Shown here in pieces: positions 51,215-63,327 of a stretch of 64,000 nt of DNA. Source of the DNA: Lama guanicoe (taxonomy: Eukaryota); the NCBI GenBank assembly GCA_013239625.1, contig MU054001.1, positions 310,001-374,000 on the forward strand. The letters run 5' to 3'. The notes beneath the pieces are model-generated. The model ran no database searches. It was given only the letters and a program-made list of their open reading frames with translations, and had not been told where the DNA came from. Each line of letters opens with the position of its first letter. The stretch's first letter is position 1. Made by a program: the position numbers and the translations under genes.

Positions 51215-51660
51215 CTTTTCTTTCATCCACAGTTTGCTCAGTGGCACAATCAACCACCCATGCATCCAGGAAAAACTTGAGAGTCAGTCTTCATCCTTCT
51301 TACCCCCCTACCTCTCATCCAATCCATTACCAAACCCAGCAAATACTACAACCAAAATATTGGTCAATTCACTTCTCTCCATTTCCGCCACCCCCATCAT
51401 CTGTATCCAGATCATCATCCTCTTTCCGGATGCCCACAGGTCCTAGTCACTTTCAGTCCCATTGCCCTGTTTCGTTTTCTCCATAGCATTTACTCCTCTG
51501 AGATCATCTTCTTGAGTACTTGCTTATACCTGTCCCCTCAAAGCAGATAGCAAACTCCATGAGGATGGGGGACTTTGTCTGCTTTGGTTAGTGCTGGATC
51601 CCGTGTCTGGCAGTCTACTGAGATTGGTGACTGGTAGGTTCTCAAAGTTGAATGAATGAA
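51215..51660 (+). mobile_element. L2 LINE fragments
   Basis: TGGCACAATCAACCACCCA, AAACTCCATGAGGATGGGGACTTTGTCTG and GTTGAATGAATGAA tail. Confidence 0.65.
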
Positions 51661-52689
51661 AGGGGTGAGTCATGTAATACAAACATGGCAGCAGCCCCCC
51701 CCCCACATCCTCACCACCTCCTCATGCTTCATTGGTAGGCAGTTCTTTAAAAAAAAAAAAAGCCTCAAAAGGCATTGGCATACAGCCCCAGATGCCAAGT
51801 CTGGGTTAAGAACCCAAGGCTCAGGCTGAGCAGAGCCTTAGCCAAGCCCATGAAGTCAGGGTTCCTTGAGGCAGGCGCTGTGTGAAGAGGACGAGGAGTG
51901 AGGCAGACCCCGCTTCAACCTACTTCTGATGAATAGTGAGGATTCCTTTGTAATTAGTACAACCACTGGCCTACAATTAGTATGGAAGCCTGTCCTCTAA
52001 TTTAGTCCACAAAGTGGTCCCAGCAGGACCTCAACTTAAAAATAATTTGTCAGCAATTAGATTTGCAGAATGGCAGTGCCCAAAGAGTCCCTGTAAATAC
52101 TTAAGAGTAATAAGGCTGTATCCACTTAAAAAATATTCAATAATTCTGCTTTCTCTCTGGCCTGCTCCCCAGTTAATCCAAATGTGTTTATTTATGACGT
52201 CTAGGCTTCCTACTTCCCAAAAGGATTTGATGTGGCTTCCATGAAAGGCACATTTCAAATAGAGAGAATGGATTTATAGAGAGAAGAGATCAAGACAACT
52301 CCAGGAGGCTCCCTTGTGAAGCCAGGGGGGCAGGGCAGGAGACACAGCAGAGACCGGGGTCTCTGACTGAGGGGCAGAGGGCAGCCAGGAAGAGGGGTGG
52401 ACATGGGAGGTGGGAGGTGCAGACCATTGGGATCTAAGGATGGGAACTGTCTCAGCCCCACTCCAGTTGTGGTGGGGAGGCTGTACCTGGCAATCTCTAC
52501 TCCCTGGCCCAGTGTTTGATATTTTCTATTGACCTGTTGAGCCTCCTTCAAAGTGATGTTCCCATTTTGCCAGCGGGTAGCGCCTGTCCTAACCCTCTAG
52601 GCATATTCTCCCAAGTGCAGGAGGTGAGGAGAGGAAAGAATCAGGGGGAGAACGGGGGTTGATCAACACCAAGCAAGGCTTATATGTAT

Positions 52690-52910
52690 ATAGACCCCGC
52701 CCTGTGCCAAATATTATTCTAAGCACTTTGTATGAATTCACTCAATCTTTATTTAGTGATTCTATTATTATCCCCATTTTACAGATAGGGAGATGGAGAC
52801 ATGGAGAAGTTAAGAAACTTGCCCAAGGGCAGCACACAACAGAGCTACGATAGAAACTCAAGGACAGTGACTTCCAGGTCTCAGCTTCTAACTACTGGGC
52901 AATACTGCCT
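52690..52910 (-). mobile_element. MIR SINE
   Basis: TTATTATCCCCATTTTACAGATAGGGAGATGGAG...GAAGTTAAGAAACTTGCCCAAGG. Confidence 0.82.
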
Positions 52911-53824
52911 CCCTGTCAGCCAGGACACTGTGCTCGGGCGCCCTCACCCTCTAACTGGGTAGGGCTGCAAGGGTCTGACGCCCACCGAGGGGCAGTTCTC
53001 ACTCCAGAGCTCCCTGCTCAGCTGCCTGGTCTTTGTTGGGCTGCATCACACTTCATCTTCTTCTTGAGCCCAGTCCTGATTCCTCTCACCCCCTTCACAG
53101 GTGTTGCTTCTTGAAATAAGCATATCACACCCCAAACTTTGTCTCCACAACAGGGGCGGAAACAATGATGGCGGTGTGGAAGGGAGGACTTTGGCCACGG
53201 CAACGAATTCTGCCGAGGAGCACACGATGAGGAAATGAACGGGTGTTATCACATCAAATGCATGCTTTTAAGAAAGCCTTGGCCGACAGGAGTGCAGGAG
53301 ACACCTAAACATTTAAATCACCTTTCTCTATTGATTAAGGTAAATACTTTACTGACTGTGTTAATCAATACCCCTATAAATCCTCCATGTGTGATGGTTT
53401 TACTGTGCATTTAATGTTTCTGTCTTTAATTGAGTTACATCCCCCTCAGCCCAAAATGATAAACTGAAAGTTAGAAATCATCTTGGCTCTGACAAAAATG
53501 GGAAGTATTTTTTTTCTTTGTTTAATTGGAAGAACTAAACCCTTTGAACATAAGTCAGCAAGCCCGATTTGGCCACCAGCGGTTGGTCTCATCGCTTTAC
53601 CTCTCTGGGTCTCAGTTTTCTCATCTGGAGATGGGGTAAGTGGCTGCTTTGCCCAGGAAAGAGCACAGCTGGGAGGGAAATGAAGCTGAAAGGGAGTCTT
53701 AATATAAATGACACAAAACAGGGACCTGCAGGAAAACTTAGAAGAATCTTCCACAGTACCCAGAGGGAGTGGCCACGGTGGTCCTAGAGCCTCTTAATTC
53801 TTTCCACAGCCCTCTCTCTGTTCT

Positions 53825-53900
53825 GCCATCAGCTGATTGATTTGCCCATTTAGTCAGCTGACTGTAAATATCCACCTGTCAATCACTCCATTATGCTAAG
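53825..53900. promoter_or_regulatory. Candidate enhancer core with PBX-HOX, PBX-MEIS/PREP and FOX motifs
   Basis: TGATTGAT 53834-53841, TGTAAATA 53863-53870 and CTGTCAATCA (reverse complement of TGATTGACAG) 53876-53885. Confidence 0.5.
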
Positions 53901-54190
53901 TGCCCAGCCAGCCCGGAGTGGTGATTTACACCCTTCTGTGGAAAGCCCTGGTCCTCCTGGCAGCTGTGCCATGTTCGTGGTAGGCAGAGTGGGGCACAGC
54001 AGGTTGCATCCCCAGGTCTACACTCCAGAACCTCAGAGACATGGTCTTGTCCTCAAAGGGAGGTCTGGATGACAAGTGGGAAGAATGCTCACATCTCTTT
54101 TTCATCCCTAGTCCTGCTGAGGGGATGACGTTCAGCAAACCTCAGAATCTAAAGGAACTAATTTCTTCTCCCTGAGGAGAAGGATATGCA

Positions 54191-54412
54191 ACAGTGGGAC
54201 AACACTCAAAGTCACTTTGTCTCCCAGGGCACAGTGGCAATGTCTGGAGATGTTTTTGATGGTCACGACTAGGGGTGTGCTCCTGGCATTTACTAGGTAG
54301 AGGAGGCTGGGGATGCTGCTAAACATTCTATGATGCACAAGACAGTCAGTCCCCCATACAGAGAATTATCTAGTCCAAAATGTCAACATTGTTACTGTTA
54401 AGAAATCCAGAC
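54191..54412. mobile_element. MER20 (hAT) DNA transposon
   Basis: GGCAATGTCTGGAGATGTTTTTGATGGTCAC...GGGATGCTGCTAAACATTCTA...GAGAATTATCTAGTCCAAAATGTCAAC. Confidence 0.85.
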
Positions 54413-54829
54413 CTACAGGGAAGACAGACTGTTGAGCATCACTGGGCATTAGGCAGCTCAAGGAAATATCCACAGACATAATGATTTGTTGCAAGATCGA
54501 TTTGAGAAAGGCAGGCATAAGGACTGATGCGCACAATGGTGATGTTAGGAAATAAAAGAGCTGGTCAGAATCTCCCAGAGCTGATAGTCTTGCACAGTCT
54601 TCTCTTTACAGAGATGGGTTCTGAGGCTCAGATTGAAATGGACCAACTTGCTCAAGTTGGTGACAGATCTAGAATGGGAATCCTTATCTTTTGATTAGCA
54701 CTTCAGAGCTCTTTTCAACATCAGAGAAGGGAAATTAGTTGAAGTGGTGGACTGGTAGCAGCTCTCCAGAGTGCTTGTGCCCGCAGAGTTTCTGAACCTG
54801 GCAGGGAAGGGAACGTGGTTTTTTGTTTT

Positions 54830-57780
54830 TGTATTTTAAAAAGTTCTCAAGCAGTAGAAAGGGATATATAATGCAAAGTGAATCACTGTCTTTCCCCAGG
54901 ATCCAAGTACTTCTTCCTCAAAGGTGTCAATATATTTTTCTTTTGAATATTCTAGGTAGACACCTGTCATCTGCAAAAAAATGACTTGGGCTAGAACTTC
55001 CAGCACAATCAGGATTATGCTGTTTGTGTCTAGCAAGTAGAGGAAACTAGGATTCATAGCCATGAAATTTGGTAACAGAATACGTTTTTAATCACTATAC
55101 CCAGACTTTAAGACAGTAAAGTTTCCCTTTTCAGGTTACTAAGAACTGGATGTTGAATTTGATGAAATTTCTTTTTCGTATCTATTGAAATGACTGGACA
55201 GTTTTATCCTCTGATTTATTGATGTAAAATTTTGCCTTACAAAAAAATAGATGTTAAACCCATCGTTTAATTCCTGAGGTAACTAATATTTGGAATTGTA
55301 TTTGGTTAGCTATATTTTAACATACTGCTGGTATCAATTTGTTAGTTTATTTTAATTTAGAAAATATTCATATCAATATTTCCAAGCACAACTGAGCTAT
55401 AGATATCTGTGCTATTTTTTGTCGTATTTTGCTATGCTATTAATCAGGATACTTTCTAACTTTTTCTAACTTTGGAAAGATGACCACTGTGGAACTAATT
55501 TGACCCCCTGGAAGTGTGAAAGTATTCATAATAAGACAGGCTAGCCCTGGAGATTTTTTTCAAAGGCAACTTTTTGATAGTTTTGAAATGTCTTAAATCA
55601 ATTTGGATCAATTTTATTTTCTTCAAAACCATCCATTCCTTTGAGACTTTTCAGGGAAATTTACTTAGTATTTACATTTATAAAAGATAGTAGCCAATTT
55701 TTAACTTGACTTCCAAGATAAACATGTGTTAATTTTAGAACATTTATTTGAGAAACATAGAAAGGCAAATTTAAAAAACAAAAATCACATGTATTTCAAG
55801 TTCTTTTCAAGATTTCAGCCTATAAACTTTAGATCAATTTGTCAAGCTAGCTCCCTATTTTGCTTAATAAAACATGAAAGACTTTGTATGGTATTCGTTT
55901 TCAAAAACATAATTTTAAGCACAGCATAATATCCTGTGCTACAGATGTAACATAATTTATCCAATTTTCTATTGTTACACATTTAAGTCATTTTGCTTTT
56001 TTCCTATGAATAATGCTGAGACATACAGTTTTGTAAATATGTGTATGTATACACATGTGACTATCTTCTCAGCATATATATTTGGGAGTAGAATTAGGAA
56101 GTCAAAGGTTATGAATATGTGAAAGCTTTTTGGTCCTTATTTCCAAGTTAGCTTGCCTACACTTTTACCAACTCTGGCTATTAGCTTTCAAATATTTGTC
56201 TTGTTTTATTTAAAATGCTTTTTGTTATTATTCAGATTAAACATTTTTTCAAATATGTACCGGGCATTTATAATTCTTGTTCTCTGAGTTACCCATTCAT
56301 ATTCTTTTTGTATTTTCTATTAGGTGCTCATATTGTTCTTATTAATTTAGATGATTTGAGGTGGGAGAATATAGCTCAGGGGTAGAGCACGTGCTTAGCA
56401 TGCATGAAGTCCTGGGTTCAATCCCCCGTACCTCCATTTAAAAAATAAATAAATAAACAAATAAACCTAATTACCTCCCCCACCAAAGAAAAAATTTAGA
56501 TAGTTTGTCAACTATCTATATCTAAAATATTTTTTCCTAGATTGTCATATGCTTTTGATTTTTAATTTCTTGAGAGTACAGAAACTTTTCTTGTTTATGG
56601 AGTCTATTAATTTTTTCCCTTTATGCTTTCTTTTTTTGCTTTTTTTAAAATATTTTTTTCCCTTCCTTTGCTTTTATACTTAGAAAGGACTTCATTAGTT
56701 CATCTTACAAAAGCTCTTATCTCTTGTTACATTCCCTTTCTTATTTCTCATTTTATTTGGCTTTATTTTTGCTTTCCTTTGTATTATTAAATTTGCCAGA
56801 GTAAAGCCCATTTTCTTATAGCTTTAATGAGTCCTCTTATACATTTATACTCTGTTCTCTTTCTTGATCAATCACTTTTCATCTTTATCTGTTTAATTTT
56901 TAGCCAGCTTTCCTTGGGTTTATTTTGTTGTTCCTTTGCTGAGTTCTTGGAGCAAAGATTTATTCATTTATTTTTATTCTTTCTTGTTTAATAATAAAAC
57001 AATTTATGGCTTTACATTTCTTTTCTCTAAGTGTAGCGTTGGCAGTTTTCCATCATCTTTGACAAAGCGTTGTTTTGTTCTCATTTTATTATTTTCTAAA
57101 TAGTCTGTAACTAAAGTTTTTATTTCCCTTCTGACTCAATAACTATTTATGAGAATTTTTCAACTTATTTATTTATTATCCAGGTTTCTATTATTTTCTT
57201 TGTGGCTGTTAGACATGTTTCCATTTATTTTAGTTCTATCAGGGAATTTGGCCCATAAACTTCTTTTCTTTTTTTTTTTTTTTTTTTGTTGAGGTTTTCC
57301 TGACTGTACAATTCATGGAAAGCTTTTGAAAATGTTCTACCAACACTTGAAAAAGCATTTACAGGGAACAAAGGTGGATCTATTATATATCTCCAGCCTT
57401 ATTAACTGTATCATTCATGTTTTCCTCAGTTTGCTTGACGTATTGGAGGTATCTGAAGTTTGTTAACCCTTTCACAGCTGTGTCTCCCTCAATTTCCCCT
57501 GACTTTTCCAGAACAATTAAAAGGTTCTGGAGGTGTCATCAAGCTTTTATACCTTCATCGAAGACTTTATTTTTATCCTAATATAATGACACTCATTTTA
57601 AAGACTCAAATTATCATTTGCTTTCTCTGTGTATGAATTTGTCTTGTTTTTTCTCTATAACACCTTTTCTAAACCTAGTCTCATTTTTTTAGGCCTGGTC
57701 CATTGAAGTAGAATGGAGTCCAATTTTGCTTTTATTTCCTGCTGTGAGTCTTTTAATTGAGGATTCAAGGTCATTTACAT
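54830..57780 (-). mobile_element. Cluster of old LINE-1 (L1ME-like) fragments
   Basis: TGTCATCTGCAAA (RT region), GGCTAGAACTTCCAGCACAAT and TCTATTGAAATGA; long T-rich degenerate L1 sequence. Confidence 0.6.
56359..56492 (+). mobile_element. tRNA-Ala-derived SINE (vic-1-like), long-tail form
   Basis: tRNA-Ala-like head, (AAAT)n tail and AACCTAATTACCTCCCCC segment; TSD aatttagatgatttg (56344-56358) / aatttagatagtttg (56493-56507). Confidence 0.9.
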
Positions 57781-57894
57781 AGACTGGGAGCCATGGTTAG
57801 CTAGAGCTGGTGGGGCCCACCTGCACCCAGGGTGTATATTCAGACACTGAGGGATGCCCTGGGGACTAGTCTCTCCCTGGAAAAGAGTCACTCT

Positions 57895-58455
57895 TTTTTT
57901 TAAAAAAATATATTTTTACTGAAGTACAGTCGGTTTACAATGTTGTGTCAATTTCTGGTGTACAGCACAATTCTTCAGACACGGAGGAACATACATACAT
58001 TCATTCTCATATTCTTCACCATAGGTCACTACAAGATATGGAATATGGTTCCCTGTGCTCTATAGTATCAACTTGTTATCTATTTCATATATATTAGTAT
58101 CTGCAAATCTCAAACAACCAATTTATCCCTTCCTATCCCCTTACCTGCCTGGTAACCATAAGTTTGTTTTCTATGTCTCTGAGTTTGTTTCTGTTTTGAA
58201 AATAAGTTCATTTGTCTTTTCTTTTCTTCAGATTTCACATATAAGTGATATCATGTGGTATTTTTCTTTCTCTGTCGGGCCAACTTCACTTAGAATGACA
58301 ATCTCCAGGTTCATCCATGTTGCTGCAAATGACATTATTTTATTATTTTTTATGGCTGAGTAGTATTCCATTGTATAAATATGCCACAACTTCTTTATCC
58401 AGTCATCTGTTGATGGACATTGAGGTTGTTTCCATGTCTTGACTACTGTAAATAC
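57895..58455 (-). mobile_element. Younger LINE-1 3' end
   Basis: ORF 58228-58647 contains KTWKQPQCPSTDDWIKKLWHIYTMEYYSAIKNNKIMSFAATWMNLE; 3' UTR shared with 6454-6672. Confidence 0.92.
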
Positions 58456-60263
58456 TCCTGAAAAATGACCTACAGGCAGAGCTGTAGAGATTGGGGAGGG
58501 TAAGTGGCTTTTGTTTAGGACACTGGGATCTCTCTTACTCACATATTTTGTGATCTTAGCCCACTGTGGGGTCATGAGTGATAGACAGATAGGGAAGGAA
58601 TGAGATGGGGTAGAAGATGGTGGGGGGTGGAGACAGGGAATTAGCACTGCTACCAGCTCTGTAGGGTGTAACCCCTCCGGCAGTATTGTCTCAGAGCCTG
58701 TAGCTCAAAAGAGAAAAGACAAACCTTCTCCCATCACTGCCACACCCACCATGTGGCTCAGGTACCTCAAGGACCTCAGTGTGTGTGTGTATCCTGTGCC
58801 TAGGGGAGGTAGCAGTAATGCCAAATGGACCTGATTGGCACTCGGCGGAGCGCTCTGGAGCCCAGGGGATATAATCTGGCAGCTGTTTGGACTTGGTAAT
58901 GAGCTCACGAGGGAACCCACCCCAGAGGGTTCAAGAAAACTTGACAACCTGAAGGGTACATTTCCAGAACCTAGGACCTTGCATAGAGAGACAAAAGCAA
59001 ATAAGTGGTTAATTATTATACCAGCACCCTATTTGCCCCCTCATAGGTTGGTGATGCCAAGGGGAATGTAAATTTATTTTCAGAACTAGCATACGTGACC
59101 TCATTTCTTTCATTTTATTTTCTATTTTCCATTTTAAATGGTGTATTCATTGATCTTCTGCTATATAAGCCCCAAAGCTGTTTTACTTATTTCTGTTTTC
59201 CTCTCTTATGATTTGGAAAGTTTACTTTTTTTCTTTCTTTTTAAAGAAAGATTTAAGTTTTTACCAATTCAATTTCTAAGAAAGAGCTCTAGCTTGAGTT
59301 TGAACCACAAGCTCCCCTGGGGTTCAGACAAGTCTGGCGAGCTTCAGGGAGACATCTGCCAGGAATCTGTTTTTGTGCAGGGCTGAGGAGCTTCCTGGGA
59401 AAGAAAAATGTCTTTTCTCCACATTTATCATCTTCCTTGCATCATTTTCATCTATTTTTTTCCCCTTTCTTCTACATTCTGGCGTTTCTCCAGCTTATCC
59501 CATGACTTGATATTCATGTATCAATTCTGTTCTTTTTTTCTGTACGAATTCTGGATTTTAATTCTGCAGTTGCATTTTCAGTTTCCTTCTGGTTCTTCTT
59601 GATCTCATTTATCTTTATTTGCATATCATTCTGCCGGTCTTACCTTACCGTCCTCTTAGGCTTAGTGTTCTAGTTTCATGGAAACTGTATCTTTGTGATG
59701 CTCTTGAGAATACCAACCAGTGCTCTATAGTAGTATCTCCTTCTTGTGGATTGTGTTTTCAAAGTCTGGTTCATGCTCTACATCTTCAGAATTTATTCCC
59801 TTTCTCTTCTCCTCGGGAGGTGCTGATAACCCACAACGTCGGTTTTTTTCCCCTGTTTTTCAGGAAAGTTTTCCCCAGACACAAGGTGTTAAATATCTCT
59901 GTGTAGTTCTCTGTTCGCCAACAGACTGGTCCAATCTCATTTCCAGTCCAAGCTGAAAGGCACATCGATGCACCCAATTTTAGTGTGAGCAGCCCTAAGT
60001 CACAGCTCCAGCTGACTTTCATCTCTAAAGCCTCCAATAAATCAAGAAGGGACTATCTTCTCCACCCCCTGTTTGAGCCTCTCTCCTGGTCTGAATGTCT
60101 GCAGGGTTCTTCCCGTCTCCAAGTCTTTCTCCCACACCCTCAAGAGTTTCATTTCAACACACAGACACCAAGTTCTAGGACTGGGTGAAAACAGCAAACA
60201 GTCATTTGCTGAATAAATGAACACAATTCCTCTGCAGAGGAGTGAGTAAAGCACAGGAGTTCT

Positions 60264-60350
60264 GGTGGGTAGGGTAGGCTTAGCGCTAGAGCACATGCTT
60301 AGAACGCTATGGTTCAATCCCCAGTACCTCCATTAAAAAAAAAAAAAGGG
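60264..60350 (+). mobile_element. Degenerate tRNA-Ala-derived SINE with internal deletion
   Basis: TAGAGCACATGCTTAG...GGTTCAATCCCCAGTACCTCCATT plus poly(A); TSD aagcacaggagttct (60249-60263) / aagcataggaattct (60351-60365). Confidence 0.82.
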
Positions 60351-60439
60351 AAGCATAGGAATTCTAGGGAAGGGCAGATTACAGGCAAGTTCTCCTCCTT
60401 TCTCTTTTCCCAATACATAAATTGTTACTGTAGGCGAAG

Positions 60440-60875
60440 GTTCTAGATGCTCTTGTGTGCATCTTTCTCTCCACCACTCCCAAGCACATCAGGCTACATC
60501 ACTGCTCCATGCCTTTGCTTGTGCCGTTCCCTCTACCTGGAATGCTCTTTCCTCTCTTGCCCATCACACAGCACACTTGTCAAAGTCCTGCTTATCTCTC
60601 CAGGCCCACTTAAATGTCATCATGTCCCTCTTTAAACTTTGCTCCTATGTTCTCAACCCTGTTCTGTGCATGTATAGCCCCCACCCAGGTTTTGTAGAGT
60701 TTCTTACATTGTCTAGTTGAGCTATGGTTTAGTTGACATCTAGCTCTCTGAAAGATGGTAGGTTCCTCAAAGACAAAGGGTTGGCCTTATTCACTCTCGT
60801 GTCCTCACCCCTGGCAAGGTGCAGGTTCAGCACAATGCCTGACACAGACTAGGTCACATACATGTTTGTTGAAGG
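60440..60875 (+). mobile_element. L2 LINE 3' fragment
   Basis: GCCTTTGCTTGTGCCGTTCCCTCTACCTGGAATGCTCTT and AGCACAATGCCTGACACAG. Confidence 0.7.
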
Positions 60876-61149
60876 GGTTGGTGATGCTCTGGTCAGATCT
60901 TGCAATTGACTGAGCAGTCCATGGTCTCTTATCACCTCAGTGTCAGAAGCACATCTCAGGTAAAAAGATCTGGAATGTCAGAAGACCAGGCATTGGTGTA
61001 CCTGTTGGTGGTCTGTTGATGGGAGAGGTGGTGCTGGCACACTCTGGCTACATGGGTGCCACCTCTGCCTTTGGTTGGCTCCTTAGATGTGGTCTGTGCA
61101 ACAATATCAGTGGTGTGTTTGAGGGGAGAGGCTTGTGAATCACAGCCAG

Positions 61150-61365
61150 CCTTGAATGCCACATTCCAGAGTTTGCGTAGACTAAGAATGCACCACTAAC
61201 TTGCTGTGTGCTTCTGGCCATATTCACTTCATTTGTTTCCCAGTCTCCTCAACTGTAACATGGAGATAATAGTGGTACCCACCTTGTAGGGTTGTGGAAA
61301 TTAAATGAGTTACTACGTGTAAAGCACTAAGTATTGTTCTGGTTCATTGTAAGCACTATACAAAG
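61150..61365 (+). mobile_element. MIR SINE
   Basis: TTGCTGTGTGCTTCTGG...CTGTAACATGGAGATAAT...ATTAAATGAG...GTAAAGCACT. Confidence 0.75.
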
Positions 61366-61849
61366 GATGCAATCATTGTTGTCCTTCTCAGTGGAGATTG
61401 ACTGATGTGATCTAACTGTGTTAAGAAGGATTCTGAGGCCTCATCTTAGCTCAGTTAGAAACAATATGCTGCTTGGTGTGCCAGAAGGAAAAGAGGTGGC
61501 CCTCGTGGCAAGCACTTGCTGACCTTGCTAAAAGTACCAGGAACTGGATAAGAGTTTATGTTAGCAGGTACTAGGGGATTATAGGGTACTTCTGGCAGCT
61601 TCTAGACAACTTCCAGAGTTTAGTTCCAATGAGAGGTCAAAGGAGGTCCTAACACCTCAGAAGAGAAATGACTGAGTGTACATGCACAAACCCATTCACT
61701 CCCGTTCTACACGCGTGTGACGCAATGGGCTAAAGCACCGCCCTTAATCTGTGACCCATGTTTTCTCACCCTCTTTCTCTGAGGTGAAGTAAAGGGTTAA
61801 GTGTCTCGAGAGGCTCCTGGACCCCTTTCTGCGTATGAGCATTTCCATG

Positions 61850-62560
61850 TTAATAGAACATTTAAGGGAAAATGCTCTCTGTCAATTGATTGTATAAATA
61901 TTTTATCCAGAGTAAGTGGCAGCCACGAAGGTCTTTCTAAGTCTTTCCCTGAGAGCAGTGTGAGGGATAAAATTAGGGCGTTATTGTGGAAGAAATAAGA
62001 CACAACGGGGAGTTACAAATACTTGATCCAAAGTGTAAAAAATGGTCCCCTCACCTCTGTGCAGCCCGGAGCCTGGGCCGATTAAATCCATAATGGAATG
62101 AGTAAGTTTGGGCCGCATAAATTTGTCTCCCTTCCCCAGGAATCCTGCCCGCCGACCAGCTAGATTAATGGCCAGGAGCCTCACACATAATGAAGTGCGC
62201 TACCCCGGCACCCGCTCATGAATTTATTATGGTGTCCACAATTGGGCTGGATGGCGGAGACATCTTTATAAATCCTGCATTTAGCGCTACCGAGATGAGC
62301 ACTTCACTCCTAATGGCGAACCTGATTTATCACCCGGGGCCCTGCTCCCCAGCCAGGCCCCTCCCTGGCACTTCTCGAAGGAAATCCAGGTCATCTTGCT
62401 GATGGAAATGAAATGTGAAGGTAATTAGAGGATGCCAAATGGAGATGGGAAAGGGGGCACCATGGACATTTTAAATATGTTGGTCATCTTTTTCCTTGAA
62501 GCAATTATATCAGGCTGATTTATTTTTACAGTTTATAATCACTTAACTACCTGTGGCTGG
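61850..62560. promoter_or_regulatory. Candidate conserved non-coding element / enhancer
   Basis: Repeat-free block with retained CpGs; TGATTTAT at 62323 and 62516, CTGTCA at 61879, multiple TAAT/TTTAT motifs. Confidence 0.5.
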
Positions 62561-62859
62561 GGATTTTTTTTTTCCTTTAACCTCTAGCTTTGGAACAAGA
62601 GACAGGCTTTGGATTTCTCTCTTCTTAGGATGGTCTAAGGGGAATTTGTTCTGAGGGCCTCAGGCTCTGAGTTCCTTCGCAATTCTGTAGCCAGAGCAGC
62701 TGATGGCTGGAGAGTCCTTAGTCAGTCCCTCTCTGGGGTACCCTTATTGCGTGTGTAGCCCTCAGCAGTTTTCAGGATCCATCTCCAGGTGAACATGTAC
62801 AAATATCTACTTCTTCTGGAAGGTCATGGGGGCTGGCCAATGACAGGTGTAGAAAGAGA

Positions 62860-63090
62860 ATGACTAAGAATTGTGTCCAAAAGGTCCTGGACTCCAATTT
62901 CAGCTCCTCCACTTCTTGGCCAGCTGACTCCTGGATGTCTTTAAGCCTCAGTTTCTCCATCCATAAAATGGGTCTTTTCATAATAATAGTATCTTTCTTA
63001 GGCTGCTGTGAAATTATATGGGGAAATGTTTGCAAACTCTTAGTACAATGCCTGGCACCTACTAACTACCGAGGAATGTTAGCTAATTGT
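62860..63090 (+). mobile_element. MIR SINE
   Basis: AGCCTCAGTTTCTCCATCCATAAAATGGG...TTAGTACAATGCCTGGCAC. Confidence 0.75.
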
Positions 63091-63283
63091 AAAATATTCA
63101 GGGCCACCACTTTATAAGCAGGTCAACTCATATTTAAATTGAGAATTAATTATGTTTTAGATCCTGTGAATATAGACTTAAGGCTCCACCTACCACTTTG
63201 CCTCTTGATTAATGGGTAAGGTAGTGCAGTAAAGACAATTTCAGTACAGAACTGCAGGGACAATGGGAGGACCGTGGTGGTGG

Positions 63284-63327
63284 GGTCTCCCTAAACCCTA
63301 AGAATGGTCTCCCTAAACCCTAAGAAT
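63284..63327 (+). repeat. Perfect 22-bp tandem duplication
   Basis: GGTCTCCCTAAACCCTAAGAAT x2. Confidence 0.95.

Noticed and set aside
596..63117. ORFs in the six-frame track as host protein-coding genes
   Set aside because: They are short, have no recognisable domains or coherent exon structure, and many overlap MIR/LTR/low-complexity DNA. The only recognisable peptides are disrupted L1 ORF2 fragments.
63288..63322. CCCTAAACCCTAA as a telomere-like or CRISPR-like repeat
   Set aside because: Only two degenerate units within a 22-bp duplication; no spacers, and the context is mammalian.
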